Source: Candidatus Scalinduaceae bacterium (lineage in GTDB: Bacteria > Planctomycetota > Brocadiia > Brocadiales > Scalinduaceae). Taken from it: a DNA stretch of 64,000 nucleotides. Every line of letters begins with the position of its first letter. Within the stretch, counting starts at the first letter, position 1. Made by a program: the position numbers and the translations under genes. The notes beneath the pieces are model-generated. The model was given only the letters and a program-made list of their open reading frames with translations, was not told where the DNA came from and made no database searches. The stretch covers positions 94,467 through 158,466 of the forward strand of contig JBHICG010000001.1 of the NCBI GenBank assembly GCA_046759445.1, read 5' to 3'. Of this stretch, positions 28,351-39,054 are shown one piece after another.

Positions 28351-28764
28351 TTGGTAAATGCTTATTCATGCAAGATTAAATGGCCTGTAGATGGCAAAGA
28401 AATAGTAATACGAATAGAACCAGCGTATTTTGATTTTCTTAAAATTTATTGGCCAAATGATTTTATTAATCTTTATACAGTACATGAAGTATTAATAAAA
28501 CCTAATCGTATATTCTCTGGTCTCAACAGACCTTATAGTGATAGTAGTAATAAACTATGTGTTGTTGGTAAACCTCTTTATTGGTATATAGGAAATACCA
28601 ACAACAAAGTGCCTTTTCCATCCGGCTTCGTTTATGTAGTATTTTTGAACGAAAGATACAGTGTATATGAATTTGGAGCAGAGAAAGCAGATACAGATGA
28701 TTCATTAAGTCCTATAGGTTGGAGAGATCGCTTTGGAGAACTGATATGGAAGAAAAATTCATAG
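28351..28764 (+). CDS. Hypothetical protein, possible BECR/RelE-fold toxin
   Basis: VHEVLIKPNRIF pattern; overlaps a DUF2283-like gene. Confidence 0.45.
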   Translation: MVNAYSCKIKWPVDGKEIVIRIEPAYFDFLKIYWPNDFINLYTVHEVLIKPNRIFSGLNRPYSDSSNKLCVVGKPLYWYIGNTNNKVPFPSGFVYVVFLNERYSVYEFGAEKADTDDSLSPIGWRDRFGELIWKKNS

Positions 28765-29171
28765 AACAAGTGACACAAGGCTTAAAAGGAAGTGATTTTG
28801 GCTCTAAGCAACATGAGCCTCAGATTTGGTATAACAAAGAAGGTGACTGTATTCAATTTAAGACCAGACATGTTGCGACAATAAGAAAGAGAATTGACGA
28901 ATATTTAACATTATATGCGACAATGGAAGATGAAGATCCAATTGGATTTCAATTAAAAGATATACATGCACTAGCCAGTGTACATGATATAGATTTAATG
29001 GCTATACAAGCAGATTACACTTCTAGGGATAAAAAGTTAGTTTCAATCAGTATGCTGATATTTAAGGCTTTTGCTAAAAGACCTCCTTCTATAAACAGGA
29101 TTTCTGGCTATACAGATGCATTTAGGACTATGGTAAAAGATGGAGATAATGTAAAAATTCCAGTATCATAA
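28746..29171 (+). CDS. Hypothetical protein, DUF2283-like putative antitoxin
   Basis: IWYNKEGDCIQF...IGFQL pattern; ATG at 28746 preferred over TTG at 28719. Confidence 0.5.
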   Translation: MEEKFIEQVTQGLKGSDFGSKQHEPQIWYNKEGDCIQFKTRHVATIRKRIDEYLTLYATMEDEDPIGFQLKDIHALASVHDIDLMAIQADYTSRDKKLVSISMLIFKAFAKRPPSINRISGYTDAFRTMVKDGDNVKIPVS

Positions 29172-29225
29172 TTATATGCCTATTATACAAATTCTTGATT
29201 TTCAACTTTTTAATATAAATTTTTT

Positions 29226-30065
29226 TTAGTCAACAGACCACATATATATTTTGTCAATGGTACTATCTTTATTCTTTGCACCAACCATGAAACATTTTGA
29301 TTGACAAGGAATATTCTCACCAAAGACTTCAATTCTTATCTTTAAATCACCATTATCTGTAGAATAACGCACAGGGATTCTGGTATAGTTATGATCAACC
29401 TCAATATGGCAAATATCAAAACTAAGACTATCTTCTTCTTTCCCTGCCATGTACCATTCTAATACATCCACAAATATACATTCTCCAGGAGCAATATTAA
29501 CAGATCGCCTATAGGGTTGAACGTTGTTATCCGTAAATTTAAGAATTTCCTCCCTACCAGTGGTTCCCTCAACTATCAGTTTAGCCTTAACATCTTTAAT
29601 TGTTGTTACAGAAGAATCATTGTGAATAGAAATTCTCCACACTCGCTCAAAGCGATCATATATATGTTTTGTGTTTGGATTCTTATTTTTTTGGAAAGTA
29701 TCATGACAATAACTTGGATTATTTTCAGAAAAATCTATTCGTAATTTAGGTTTTTGCTGTTCTTCTAAAAATTCTATTGTTTGCTGTTTAGAATTTATAA
29801 TATCTTGTTGTTCTTCGTAGATATCTTCAGGTACAAGACGCAGTGATTTCCATAAAAATAGAACTCCAAACATTATTATTACTCCTATAAATTCATAAAG
29901 TAATGACATTAAAATGTTATAATTTTTATTGGCTACAAGAATACCATTAATAATTGTTCCAATGATTATAGTGGCAATCTCGTATAATTTCTTTTCCTTA
30001 AAAAATTCCCAAATTTCGTTCTTTGTTCTTAAAAGGCGAATTTTGTGGTATTTTCTAGATTCCAT
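29226..30065 (-). CDS. Hypothetical protein with two N-terminal TM helices
   Basis: 279-aa AT-rich ORF with a coiled-coil-like segment after the TMs. Confidence 0.6.
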   Translation of the reverse strand: MESRKYHKIRLLRTKNEIWEFFKEKKLYEIATIIIGTIINGILVANKNYNILMSLLYEFIGVIIMFGVLFLWKSLRLVPEDIYEEQQDIINSKQQTIEFLEEQQKPKLRIDFSENNPSYCHDTFQKNKNPNTKHIYDRFERVWRISIHNDSSVTTIKDVKAKLIVEGTTGREEILKFTDNNVQPYRRSVNIAPGECIFVDVLEWYMAGKEEDSLSFDICHIEVDHNYTRIPVRYSTDNGDLKIRIEVFGENIPCQSKCFMVGAKNKDSTIDKIYMWSVD

Positions 30066-30216
30066 GCCCAGATTCTATTGTCTGGACTATGTTGTGTCAA
30101 AAAAAATAATTCAAATTAGGACACTGCCAAAAAATTAATCAATTCTTGACATAATATATGATAATCGGCTATACTAAAAGTTTATTTATAGTCCTAATAA
30201 CAAATATGTATAAGGA

Positions 30217-30690
30217 GTGTTCAAAATGAGTGAAGGTTGTCCAGGATCAAGAACGATGGATTTCAGTGAAAAAGATGAACAAGTTGAAGAAACAGGCGCA
30301 CGCCAGTCTCAACTGAAGCAATGGCCGATTCAGTTGCACCTGGTTTCTCCACAAGCACCGTATTTTCAGGAGAGGGACATATTACTTGTAGCAGACTGCG
30401 TGCCTTTTGCCCTGGCAGATTTCCACAAGGATTATCTTAAAGGAAAAAGTCTGGCCATCGCCTGTCCAAAGCTGGACTCAGAACAGGAAATTTATGTAGA
30501 TAAGATTACGTCTTTGATTGATGAATCAAAGATCAATACCTTAACGGTTATGATAATGAAGGTACCCTGCTGTATGGGTTTGACTCATATTGCAAAAGCT
30601 GGCGCCGACAAAGCTAGCCGCAAGATACCGATCAAGCAGGTAGTTGTAGATGTAGCAGGCGGTCAAATCCTATCCGAAGACTGGATTTAA
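30217..30690 (+). CDS. Fe-S cluster-binding protein (standalone C-terminal domain of ferredoxin/ATP-binding family)
   Basis: GCPGS, QWPIQL, ADC, CPKLD, VPCC. Confidence 0.75.
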   Translation: MFKMSEGCPGSRTMDFSEKDEQVEETGARQSQLKQWPIQLHLVSPQAPYFQERDILLVADCVPFALADFHKDYLKGKSLAIACPKLDSEQEIYVDKITSLIDESKINTLTVMIMKVPCCMGLTHIAKAGADKASRKIPIKQVVVDVAGGQILSEDWI

Positions 30691-30715
30691 GACTTGATCA
30701 TTTTCCAAATATAAG

Positions 30716-30751
30716 AAACTCCTGGGAAGCCAAAAGCTTCTCAGGGGTTTT
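30716..30751. terminator. Probable bidirectional intrinsic terminator
   Basis: AAACTCCTGGGAAGC/GCTTCTCAGGGGTTT hairpin between convergent genes. Confidence 0.65.
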
Positions 30752-30888
30752 ATTATAACTATAAAATTTAACCGCACTCACCAAAAAACTCGTCGGGCAG
30801 GGAGATAACAGAGTAAAGACACTTAGCCGCAGACTTACTTAGCGTAGCCGCAACCAAAAGTATATCGACAATCGCAAATCCTTCATGT

Positions 30889-31248
30889 TTATCCTTCAAT
30901 AATAAGCCGTAGTCCACAGTCAGAACATTCCTTTGCATCCTTACCAACATGGTGACCGCAGGCAGGGCATTTGCCCTGATCGGCCCATTCCTGTGATTCC
31001 CTGATTTCCGGATGCAATTCCATGTAATATTCATCAATACTGACAAGGGCTGCCTGAGCATCCTTTTTAGCAACCAGGAGATGGAATTGGCACCCGCACG
31101 TTCCAGCACTGCATCCAGGAGCAAGCGCTATGCGGGAGGGAATATCCTTCTCAGAAAGCATGTGAGATAACTTCTGGATCCATTCTTGTTCTTCTTCCTT
31201 AATTACTACCCATTCGTCATGGGCTTCATCTGGAATTGGAGTTTTCAT
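30889..31248 (-). CDS. DUF2007-like protein with C-terminal zinc ribbon
   Basis: CPACG...CSDCG. Confidence 0.65.
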   Translation of the reverse strand: MKTPIPDEAHDEWVVIKEEEQEWIQKLSHMLSEKDIPSRIALAPGCSAGTCGCQFHLLVAKKDAQAALVSIDEYYMELHPEIRESQEWADQGKCPACGHHVGKDAKECSDCGLRLIIEG

Positions 31249-31320
31249 GTAAATACACCTTTATTCAAAAATTACGCTATTTAGCTCGTTTTCGTCTTTC
31301 CTTATAAGATGCCGGTCATT

Positions 31321-31368
31321 TCTTTATTTCTTTATTTCTTTATCTCTTTATCTCTTTATCTCTTTATC
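31321..31368. repeat. Tandem octamer repeat (TCTTTATY)x6
   Basis: Read directly from the sequence. Confidence 0.85.
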
Positions 31369-31438
31369 AAAACCATTGTCTGCAGGTTTATAGTATCCCC
31401 TGCCACCAACTCCCGCACATACTGTCAGACTTGCAAAC

Positions 31439-33088
31439 CTAAATGGGACAACTTATGTCTTCCAATTCTCCGCTGAAGACTTTCTTGTTCTCAGAATAGT
31501 CTATCGGACATTCGATAATGACCGGTCCTTTCTCATCAAAAGCCTTCTCTAACTCAGGAAGAAGCTCGTCTGTAGAATTAATCTTGAATCCTTTAGCCCC
31601 ATAACTCTCAGCATACTTGACAAAATCAGGGTTGCCGTAATCTAGGGCAAAATTCTTGTACCCATAAATCTGCTGCTTCCATTTAATAAAGCCATAGGCA
31701 TTGTCGTTAAGGATGAGTACAACTACGTTTAGTCCCAATCTCACTGCTGTCTCTAATTCCTGGGAATTCATCATAAAACCACCATCCCCTACAACCGCCA
31801 GAACTTTCTTTTTCGGATGGACTATTTTACCCGCCATCGCGCTGGGCAGTCCAGCGCCCATAGTAGCCAGGGTATTATCCAGGAGGAAGGTGCCAATGTT
31901 GTAGGTTTCGTAATGACGCGAGAACCAGAGTTTGTAGATACCATTGTCCAGACAGAGAACGTCTTCCTTTCCGAGTGTCTTCCTGCAATCGGCAACTATG
32001 CGACGTGGTTTAAGAGGATAACTTGGGTCATCTGCACCTTCTACAAACAGTTTGGCATTTAATTCTTTTTTTACTCTCTCCTCATACTCCCCGCTATAAT
32101 AGTAACCTTTCAATTCTTTACCCAGTAATTCCAGGGAAGTTCCTATATCTCCTACAAGTTCCCAATCAGGGTTGTAATAAGTATCAGTCCTCGCGGGGTT
32201 AAAGTTAAGATGGAGAATCTTCTTATCCATATTTTTGTTCCAGACGCTAGGAGGATGCTCACGAGTAGAGTAGCCAACCGTAATGACCAAATCTGCTCTG
32301 TCAACCACACAATGAACGTAATCTTTTTTATGAATGCCGAATGCATAAAGGCAGTTTTTATGATCTGCTCCCAATACACCTTTCCCTAATTGAGTATGAA
32401 TGGCATAAATGTTGGTTTGGTCACAGAATTTCCGTAAGGCATCACGGACTAAGTTCCTTTGAGCCCTGCTGGAGACAATGATAATGGGGTGTTCGGCTTT
32501 CCGAATTATCTCAGCAGCTATCCTGACCCCCTTAGTATCTGCAATAGGCCGTCGCACTTTGATTGACTTCTGTGGATGGATAGAATCATCAACCTTCTCG
32601 TTAGCAATATCTTCAGGCACCTCAATATGACAGACTCCTTGCCGTTCTGTTGTTGCTACTTTAAAGGCCATTCTAATCTCTTTTGGAATTGGTTTCGGAC
32701 CTTTAATTTGCACCACCCTCTTGGTAAGTGACTTCATCATGTTAACAACATCCAGAACCTGAAAATTTGCCAGTTCATTGTTGCGAATTCCTTTCTGTCC
32801 GGTGATTGCCAGCAGAGGCATTCCACCAAGTTGAGCGTGGGCAATTCCCGTTACTAAGTTAGTTGCACCCGGACCCAGGGTAGACATGCAAACCCCTACT
32901 TTCCCGGTTAATCTCCCGTAAGTAGCCGCCATAAAAGCCGCTGCCTGCTCATGGCGGTTAACTATTACCTTTATATTAGATTTCCGCAAACTTTCCAGGA
33001 GGTGCAGGTTTTCCTCACCGGGAACGGTAAAAATATACTCCACTCTTTCTTCTTCCAAACATTTGACAAATAAATCAGAAGCTTTCAT
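31439..33088 (-). CDS. TPP-dependent acetolactate synthase-like enzyme (possibly 2-oxoglutarate decarboxylase)
   Basis: PGEEN, RHEQ, GPGATN, GDGGF...ND. Confidence 0.88.
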   Translation of the reverse strand: MKASDLFVKCLEEERVEYIFTVPGEENLHLLESLRKSNIKVIVNRHEQAAAFMAATYGRLTGKVGVCMSTLGPGATNLVTGIAHAQLGGMPLLAITGQKGIRNNELANFQVLDVVNMMKSLTKRVVQIKGPKPIPKEIRMAFKVATTERQGVCHIEVPEDIANEKVDDSIHPQKSIKVRRPIADTKGVRIAAEIIRKAEHPIIIVSSRAQRNLVRDALRKFCDQTNIYAIHTQLGKGVLGADHKNCLYAFGIHKKDYVHCVVDRADLVITVGYSTREHPPSVWNKNMDKKILHLNFNPARTDTYYNPDWELVGDIGTSLELLGKELKGYYYSGEYEERVKKELNAKLFVEGADDPSYPLKPRRIVADCRKTLGKEDVLCLDNGIYKLWFSRHYETYNIGTFLLDNTLATMGAGLPSAMAGKIVHPKKKVLAVVGDGGFMMNSQELETAVRLGLNVVVLILNDNAYGFIKWKQQIYGYKNFALDYGNPDFVKYAESYGAKGFKINSTDELLPELEKAFDEKGPVIIECPIDYSENKKVFSGELEDISCPI

Positions 33089-34455
33089 GGTTCATACACA
33101 TTGATTGCCTTCACATTAACGAATTCTCTCAATCCGTATTTTGATAGTTCTCGACCAATACCACTTTTTTTGATACCTCCAAAAGGAATGCGAGGGTCTG
33201 ATTTTACAAAGGAGTTAACAAAGGCGCAGCCGCATTCAAGTTGTCGTGCAATTCTCTTTCCTCGTTCAATATCTTTCGTCCAGACGCTCCCGCCCAGTCC
33301 AAACTCGGTTGCATTCGCCACTTTTACGGCATCTTCTTCGTCCGCGACAACAATAATCGGGGCAACTGGACCAAACACTTCTTCTTTGACTACTTTCATT
33401 TCCTTTGTCGTATTAACAAGAATCGTTGGTTCGTAGAAATACCCCTTATCTTTAGCTCGCTTCCCTCCCGTGAGGATGGTAGCGCCTTTATCAACGGCAT
33501 CATTAACTTGATCCTCAATTTGCTCTACAGCCTTTTTGCTAACTAACGGTCCTAAACGTGTTGACTCCTCTACCGGATTACCCAAGACTTTTTGTTTCAC
33601 GTCTTTGGCAAACTTTCGAGCAAAATCCTCTGCAACGGATTCCACAACAATAAATCTCTTTGCAGCGACACAACTCTGACCACAGTTGAGGAATCGGCCC
33701 ACTGTTGCCTGTTCGGCTGTCTTATCAAGGTCTGCATCCTCTAACACAATAAACGGATCTGAACCTCCCAGCTCCAGGACTACTTTCTTCAGATTCTTTC
33801 CCGCTAATTCTCCGATTCTTTTCCCGGCACTGGTGCTCCCCGTCAATGAAACGCCGGCGATGTGGTTTGAAGCCACAATCTCGGCGACTGAATCATGATC
33901 GGCAATAACAGTCCTAAATACGTTCTCAGGAAAACCGGCCTCTTTAAACACATCTTCGATTGCCAGGGCACAACCCGTCACGTTACTGGCATGCTTAAGG
34001 AGTGAAGCATTACCTGCCAATAACGTTGGTATACCAAATCTAAACGCTTGCCAGAAGGGAAAGTTCCAGGGCATAATCGAGAAAATAACCCCCAGGGGCT
34101 GGTAAACTACGCGATGTTCCTTGCCGTCCGCTTTCAGAACTTGTTCCTGCAACCATCGTTCACCATTCTCTGCATAAATTTCAGCCGTCCATACACACTT
34201 TTCAATCTCGGCTCTGGCTTCGGTGACTGGCTTCCCCATCTCTTGTGTTATTAATTGAGCATACTTCTCTTTATTATTTCTCAGGACTCTTGCTACCTTT
34301 GCAAAATATGACGCTCTTTGTTGTACCGGGAGTGTTTTCCACCCCACGAAAGCTTTATGGACATAATCAAGGATCACCATCACCTCTTTCCGAGACATAA
34401 GACTATAGTCTTTAATCACTTCTTCTGTTGCTGGATTGATTGTTGTAACAGTCAT
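33085..34455 (-). CDS. gabD: NAD(P)-dependent succinate-semialdehyde dehydrogenase
   Basis: MPWNFPFWQ, LELGGSDP, GQSC, EEVFGP. Confidence 0.85.
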   Translation of the reverse strand: MTVTTINPATEEVIKDYSLMSRKEVMVILDYVHKAFVGWKTLPVQQRASYFAKVARVLRNNKEKYAQLITQEMGKPVTEARAEIEKCVWTAEIYAENGERWLQEQVLKADGKEHRVVYQPLGVIFSIMPWNFPFWQAFRFGIPTLLAGNASLLKHASNVTGCALAIEDVFKEAGFPENVFRTVIADHDSVAEIVASNHIAGVSLTGSTSAGKRIGELAGKNLKKVVLELGGSDPFIVLEDADLDKTAEQATVGRFLNCGQSCVAAKRFIVVESVAEDFARKFAKDVKQKVLGNPVEESTRLGPLVSKKAVEQIEDQVNDAVDKGATILTGGKRAKDKGYFYEPTILVNTTKEMKVVKEEVFGPVAPIIVVADEEDAVKVANATEFGLGGSVWTKDIERGKRIARQLECGCAFVNSFVKSDPRIPFGGIKKSGIGRELSKYGLREFVNVKAINVYEP

Positions 34456-34567
34456 GGTAAACTGGAGCCTCCTCTTTAATATTTGATATTTAATAGTTTT
34501 GTGAAATCCTTTTCATCATAAAATCATTCAAATTCCAATCATATTCCTTACATATCAAAAAAAAAAT

Positions 34568-35896
34568 CTATTTAACTTGTTTTCGTTTTTCTTTGTAAAA
34601 CGCCAACCGCTTCTTAATCTCTTTATCAAAGCCGTTGTCTGTGGGTTTATAGTATTCTTTACCCTGTAGCTCCTTTGGCAAATAAGACTGTTCTGTGTAT
34701 CCACCATAACTATGCGGATATTTGTATCCCTTCGCATATCCGAGGTCTTTCATCAGGGATGTGGGTGCATTTCTGACGTGTAACGGTACTCCTAACGCCC
34801 CTTTTTCTTTGACGTCCTGTAATGCACTTTGATAAGCTACGTAAGAGGCATTACTCTTTGGTGCAGAGGCAAGATAGGTTACACCCTGCGCTAGAGGTAT
34901 CCATCCCTCCGGCATCCCAACAAAATGAAATGCATCTTTCACTGCTACGGCTACACGGATAGCATCGGGATCAGCATTGCCAATATCCTCTGAGGCAAAT
35001 ATAACCATACGCCGTGCAATAAAGAGGGGGTCTTCTCCTGCCTCTAGCATTCGTGCCAGCCAGTAGAGGGCCGCATCAGGATCACTACCACGCATAGATT
35101 TGATAAAGGCCGAAATCACGTTGTAATGTTCTTCCCCACCTTTATCATAAAGAAGCGCCCTTCGTTGCATGGCTTCCTGTGCAATCTTTAAAGTTACGAT
35201 TCGCTTACCTTCTTGATTAGGCCTGGTAAGCATTACGGCCGATTCAAGCGTATTTAGGGCTACTCTCGCCTCTCCATGAGAAAGCTCCTCAATAAAGTTA
35301 AAGGCATCTTCTTGTATCTCCAGTTTCAATTTGCCAAGACCTCGCTCCTTATCCGATAGAGCATTAGTCATTATAGTATTAATGTTGTCTGCAGTGAGTT
35401 GTTCCAGAACCAGAACTTTACAACGTGAGAGGAGTGGTGCATTGACCTCAAATGAAGGGTTCTCCGTAGTCGCGCCAATCAAAGTAATAGTGCCATCTTC
35501 TACATGATGGAGAAAGGCATCCTGTTGGGCCTTGTTAAATCTATGTATCTCGTCGACGAACAGGATAGTTCTTCTTCCATAAAACTTAAGCTGCTCTTTG
35601 GCTTCTGTAATGACTGCACGAATATCCTTGACACCTGACAACACAGCCGAAAACGAGATAAAGTGAGCGTCCATCGCCTTTGCAATAATTATGGCAAGAG
35701 TAGTCTTTCCCACACCGGGTGGCCCCCAAAAGATTAAGGATACCAATTCTTTATTATCAACAAAACCTCTGAGAATTTTATCATGTCCAACTAGATGTTC
35801 CTGACCAACAAACTCTTTCAAGTTTCGTGGTCTCATCCTATCAGCCAGTGGGGACTTCTTTGCCGTCTTTGCTCTTGCTTCAAACAAATCAACCAT
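34568..35896 (-). CDS. rarA: Replication-associated recombination protein A
   Basis: PLADRMRP, GPPGVGKT, DEIHRF, KSMRGSD. Confidence 0.97.
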   Translation of the reverse strand: MVDLFEARAKTAKKSPLADRMRPRNLKEFVGQEHLVGHDKILRGFVDNKELVSLIFWGPPGVGKTTLAIIIAKAMDAHFISFSAVLSGVKDIRAVITEAKEQLKFYGRRTILFVDEIHRFNKAQQDAFLHHVEDGTITLIGATTENPSFEVNAPLLSRCKVLVLEQLTADNINTIMTNALSDKERGLGKLKLEIQEDAFNFIEELSHGEARVALNTLESAVMLTRPNQEGKRIVTLKIAQEAMQRRALLYDKGGEEHYNVISAFIKSMRGSDPDAALYWLARMLEAGEDPLFIARRMVIFASEDIGNADPDAIRVAVAVKDAFHFVGMPEGWIPLAQGVTYLASAPKSNASYVAYQSALQDVKEKGALGVPLHVRNAPTSLMKDLGYAKGYKYPHSYGGYTEQSYLPKELQGKEYYKPTDNGFDKEIKKRLAFYKEKRKQVK

Positions 35897-36315
35897 TTTT
35901 GATCATTTTAAAATCTTATAAAAACCAGCCAAAATAATTTCCTAATATTGTCAATTTACATATTGATGACTAATTAGTCAATCATTTATACTATTAATCT
36001 TTAAGGCTTCTTTCTAGGGGAATTTTTTATAAATGCTGAAAATATTAAAGTTGCCAGCAAGTCATTTGTCATATGGCTTCGCAGCCATTGTTTAATTTGG
36101 AAAGTTCCAATATATTTGATAACATTGAATATACGGGTTCTGGTTGTATTGTTGTCGAAATTAAGAGTCTGTTCTGGTTGAAGTCCTAAACGTTAGGAGT
36201 CAAGATGACTATATTTTAAAGGTAACTTTTAAGACGGCGTGGCCCTGAGTTGTTTTGCTTAGGCAAGATCGTTTTTCTAATTACGTTTTTTACAAATTCA
36301 GGAGCATATTAATAG

Positions 36316-37347
36316 ATGACAGGAAATAACGTAGCGATTAAGGTCAAAGACTTACGGAAAGAATTCTCAGTAGAAAAATCTGGTAAAGGTTTTATTGGTG
36401 CCGTAAAAGCCCTTTTCCACAGAAGGCATAGAATAATTACAGCCGTTGACGGTATTAACTTTCAAATAAACCGTGGGGAATTTGTAGGTTATGTAGGTGA
36501 AAACGGCGCCGGCAAATCTACAACCGTAAAAATGCTAACCGGTATCCTTGTACCATCCTCAGGAACAGCAGAGGTTAACGGAATTGTTCCTTACGAAAAA
36601 CGACAGAAGAACGCCGCAAAGATCGGTGTTGTCTTCGGTCAAAGGACACAGCTTTGGTGGGATCTTCCTGTCAGTGAATCTTTTGAGATGTTAAGGGTAA
36701 TATTCCGTGTACCTAAACCGAACTTTGATCATCAGATGGAGAGGTTGGAAAATGCGTTAGACCTTGAACCGCTTCTGAATATGCCTGTCAGGAAACTCTC
36801 TCTAGGTCAAAGAATGAGGTGTGATTTAGCTGCCTCGCTAATTCACAACCCGCCTGTATTATTTTTGGATGAACCTACAATCGGCCTTGATGTGCTGGCA
36901 AAAGAATCGATAAGAAACTTCCTTGCAGAAATTAACAGGGAAGATGGCACTACTATTATCCTTACCACCCATGATATGAATGACATTGAACAGCTTTGTA
37001 AAAGGCTTATTATCCTGGATGAGGGGAGGATTATCTTTGATGGCGAGACGGAGGCGTTAAAGCAACAGTTCGTTCATGAAAAAGTAATCGAGGTAGAGTT
37101 ACACGAAGGTGGCTGTGCCTTAAAAGAAATCCCAGGCGTTATAGTTATAAGTGAGCATGGGTGTAAAAAGTGGCTAAAGATTGATAGTGATAACTACAGT
37201 ACGGGTGAAGTCATAAGCCTGCTTGCCAACAACTATAAAATAAAAGATATCTCCGTAAAAGAACCGTCCGTTGAGAACATAATTAGAAACATTTATGATA
37301 ACCGCGTGAAGCTGCCAGCACCTCTGGATAAATCACTTACAAAATAA
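36316..37347 (+). CDS. ABC exporter ATP-binding subunit
   Basis: GENGAGKST, LSLGQ, DEPT. Confidence 0.93.
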   Translation: MTGNNVAIKVKDLRKEFSVEKSGKGFIGAVKALFHRRHRIITAVDGINFQINRGEFVGYVGENGAGKSTTVKMLTGILVPSSGTAEVNGIVPYEKRQKNAAKIGVVFGQRTQLWWDLPVSESFEMLRVIFRVPKPNFDHQMERLENALDLEPLLNMPVRKLSLGQRMRCDLAASLIHNPPVLFLDEPTIGLDVLAKESIRNFLAEINREDGTTIILTTHDMNDIEQLCKRLIILDEGRIIFDGETEALKQQFVHEKVIEVELHEGGCALKEIPGVIVISEHGCKKWLKIDSDNYSTGEVISLLANNYKIKDISVKEPSVENIIRNIYDNRVKLPAPLDKSLTK

Positions 37348-37348
37348 A

Positions 37349-38149
37349 ATGAATCTGGAAATCTTTTTTAAATTTGTATCAATATCTTTTCGGAAACAGG
37401 TCACTTACAGATTTGAATATTTCGTTGGAATCTTAAACGGCTTTCTATACGTCTTTATATTTACCTCATTATGGAGGGCGTTGTACTCGCAGTTTGACGC
37501 CGTAGAGCATAATGGTTTTACCTTATCAGCAATTATTACCTATGCTGTTATGGCTATGGCAATCAAGATATCCTTTACAATGGATGACTCGATCATCTCC
37601 AAAAAGGTTCAGGATGGTTCCGTAGCGATGGAGCTTATAAGACCTACATCCTTTTTTCTTATGAACCTAGCAGAAAATATGGGGCATTCCCTTTTCCATC
37701 TTTTAGCAAGAACTGTCCCCATTATTACCATCTCCATTTTTATTTTTGATATCCATATCCCGTTTGAACCTTTAAGGTTTCTAGCGTTCCTTTTATCAGC
37801 TTTTTTAGGATACTTACTTCTCTCCATGCTTAACTTTACCATGGGACTACTTGCTTTCTGGTTTGTAGAGATTTTCCCGTTCATGCTTTTTAAATATGCC
37901 CTGTTTACTTTCTTCTCTGGTGGAATAGTTCCTATTGATTTCTTTCCGGAAACCTTAAAGCCAATAGTAAACTTTCTTCCGTTCAAGTACATGCTTTACT
38001 CACCCACCATTATCCTTATGGGGCGAGCGCCTTTAATGGAGATTCATTCAATAATAACCACACAGTTAATCTGGGTCTTTATAATGGGTTGCATTTGTAA
38101 ATTTACGTGGAACGCTGGCAAAAACAAATTGATTATTCAGGGAGGGTAG
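37349..38149 (+). CDS. ABC-2 family permease (DUF990)
   Basis: About six TMs, G...L.RP motif, ends in QGG. Confidence 0.85.
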   Translation: MNLEIFFKFVSISFRKQVTYRFEYFVGILNGFLYVFIFTSLWRALYSQFDAVEHNGFTLSAIITYAVMAMAIKISFTMDDSIISKKVQDGSVAMELIRPTSFFLMNLAENMGHSLFHLLARTVPIITISIFIFDIHIPFEPLRFLAFLLSAFLGYLLLSMLNFTMGLLAFWFVEIFPFMLFKYALFTFFSGGIVPIDFFPETLKPIVNFLPFKYMLYSPTIILMGRAPLMEIHSIITTQLIWVFIMGCICKFTWNAGKNKLIIQGG

Positions 38150-38950
38150 ATGGATACTTTTAAAATTTATCTCACACTTATTTCCACTTCGATAAGGGCA
38201 AGGATGGAATATAAAACAAGTTTCCTGTTTTACACAGTAGCCATATTGGCCTTTTATATTGGACAAATCGGTTTACTTTTCGTAATCCTGAACCGTTTCC
38301 AGAAGATACAGGGTTGGACGTTGGGAGAAATAGCTTTTTTATACGCCCTTCTTACCTTCGCTCATGGATTTACAAACCTGATATTCGCCCAGCTTATCCA
38401 CTTTGACCAAATGATTGTTAGTGGAGACTTTGATAGAACACTGGTAAGACCTCTCAGCCCATTAGGACAGATAATCTTTTCCAAGTTCGAGGTTTCAACA
38501 GCTGCGCATCTCATAATCGGGTTTATGGCTCTTTACTATGGCTCACATCTTGCCAGCATAGATTGGACCCTTAAAAAGGTTTTACTATTTCCCGTAATCG
38601 TACTTGGTGGTGTCTTAATCGCCGGGGCTATACGTTTAATAGTGGCGGCAGTTGCCTTCTGGACACTAAGAAACCAGTCGTTGGTTCATACGGTGGTATT
38701 CTCAAGTAAGGAGTTTATTATCTACCCAGTAACTATATACAACATGGGTATTCAGTTATTTTTAACTTTCGTATTCCCTATAGCGTTTATCAACTTTTAT
38801 CCAGCTCATCTGTTTTTAGACCGCTCGGGAGATAACCTTCTGCACCCTGTATTAGAGATGGGAACACCGCTTGTAGGTATCATCCTGTTTACAATCTCAA
38901 TCTTCACATGGAAAGCGGGCTTAAACCATTACCAAAGTTCCGGTTCTTAG
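38150..38950 (+). CDS. ABC-2 family permease (DUF990)
   Basis: GDFDRTLVRP, YP..IY, ends in YQSSGS. Confidence 0.85.
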   Translation: MDTFKIYLTLISTSIRARMEYKTSFLFYTVAILAFYIGQIGLLFVILNRFQKIQGWTLGEIAFLYALLTFAHGFTNLIFAQLIHFDQMIVSGDFDRTLVRPLSPLGQIIFSKFEVSTAAHLIIGFMALYYGSHLASIDWTLKKVLLFPVIVLGGVLIAGAIRLIVAAVAFWTLRNQSLVHTVVFSSKEFIIYPVTIYNMGIQLFLTFVFPIAFINFYPAHLFLDRSGDNLLHPVLEMGTPLVGIILFTISIFTWKAGLNHYQSSGS

Positions 38951-39054
38951 AGAGAATTTTTAAATTGACAATTTCTTTTCATTCTCTTCAATAAGCTTCT
39001 CAACCATTCAGCTGGAATGGTATACAACTGTCATAAAAACCAAGACAATCTATC

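Noticed and set aside
30768..31124. 118-aa alternative-frame ORF, and the many antisense ORFs in the track
   Set aside because: They overlap better-supported genes and carry no recognisable motifs
35900..36315. Riboswitch or ncRNA in the rarA-ABC intergenic region
   Set aside because: No recognisable conserved motif; only short weak hairpins
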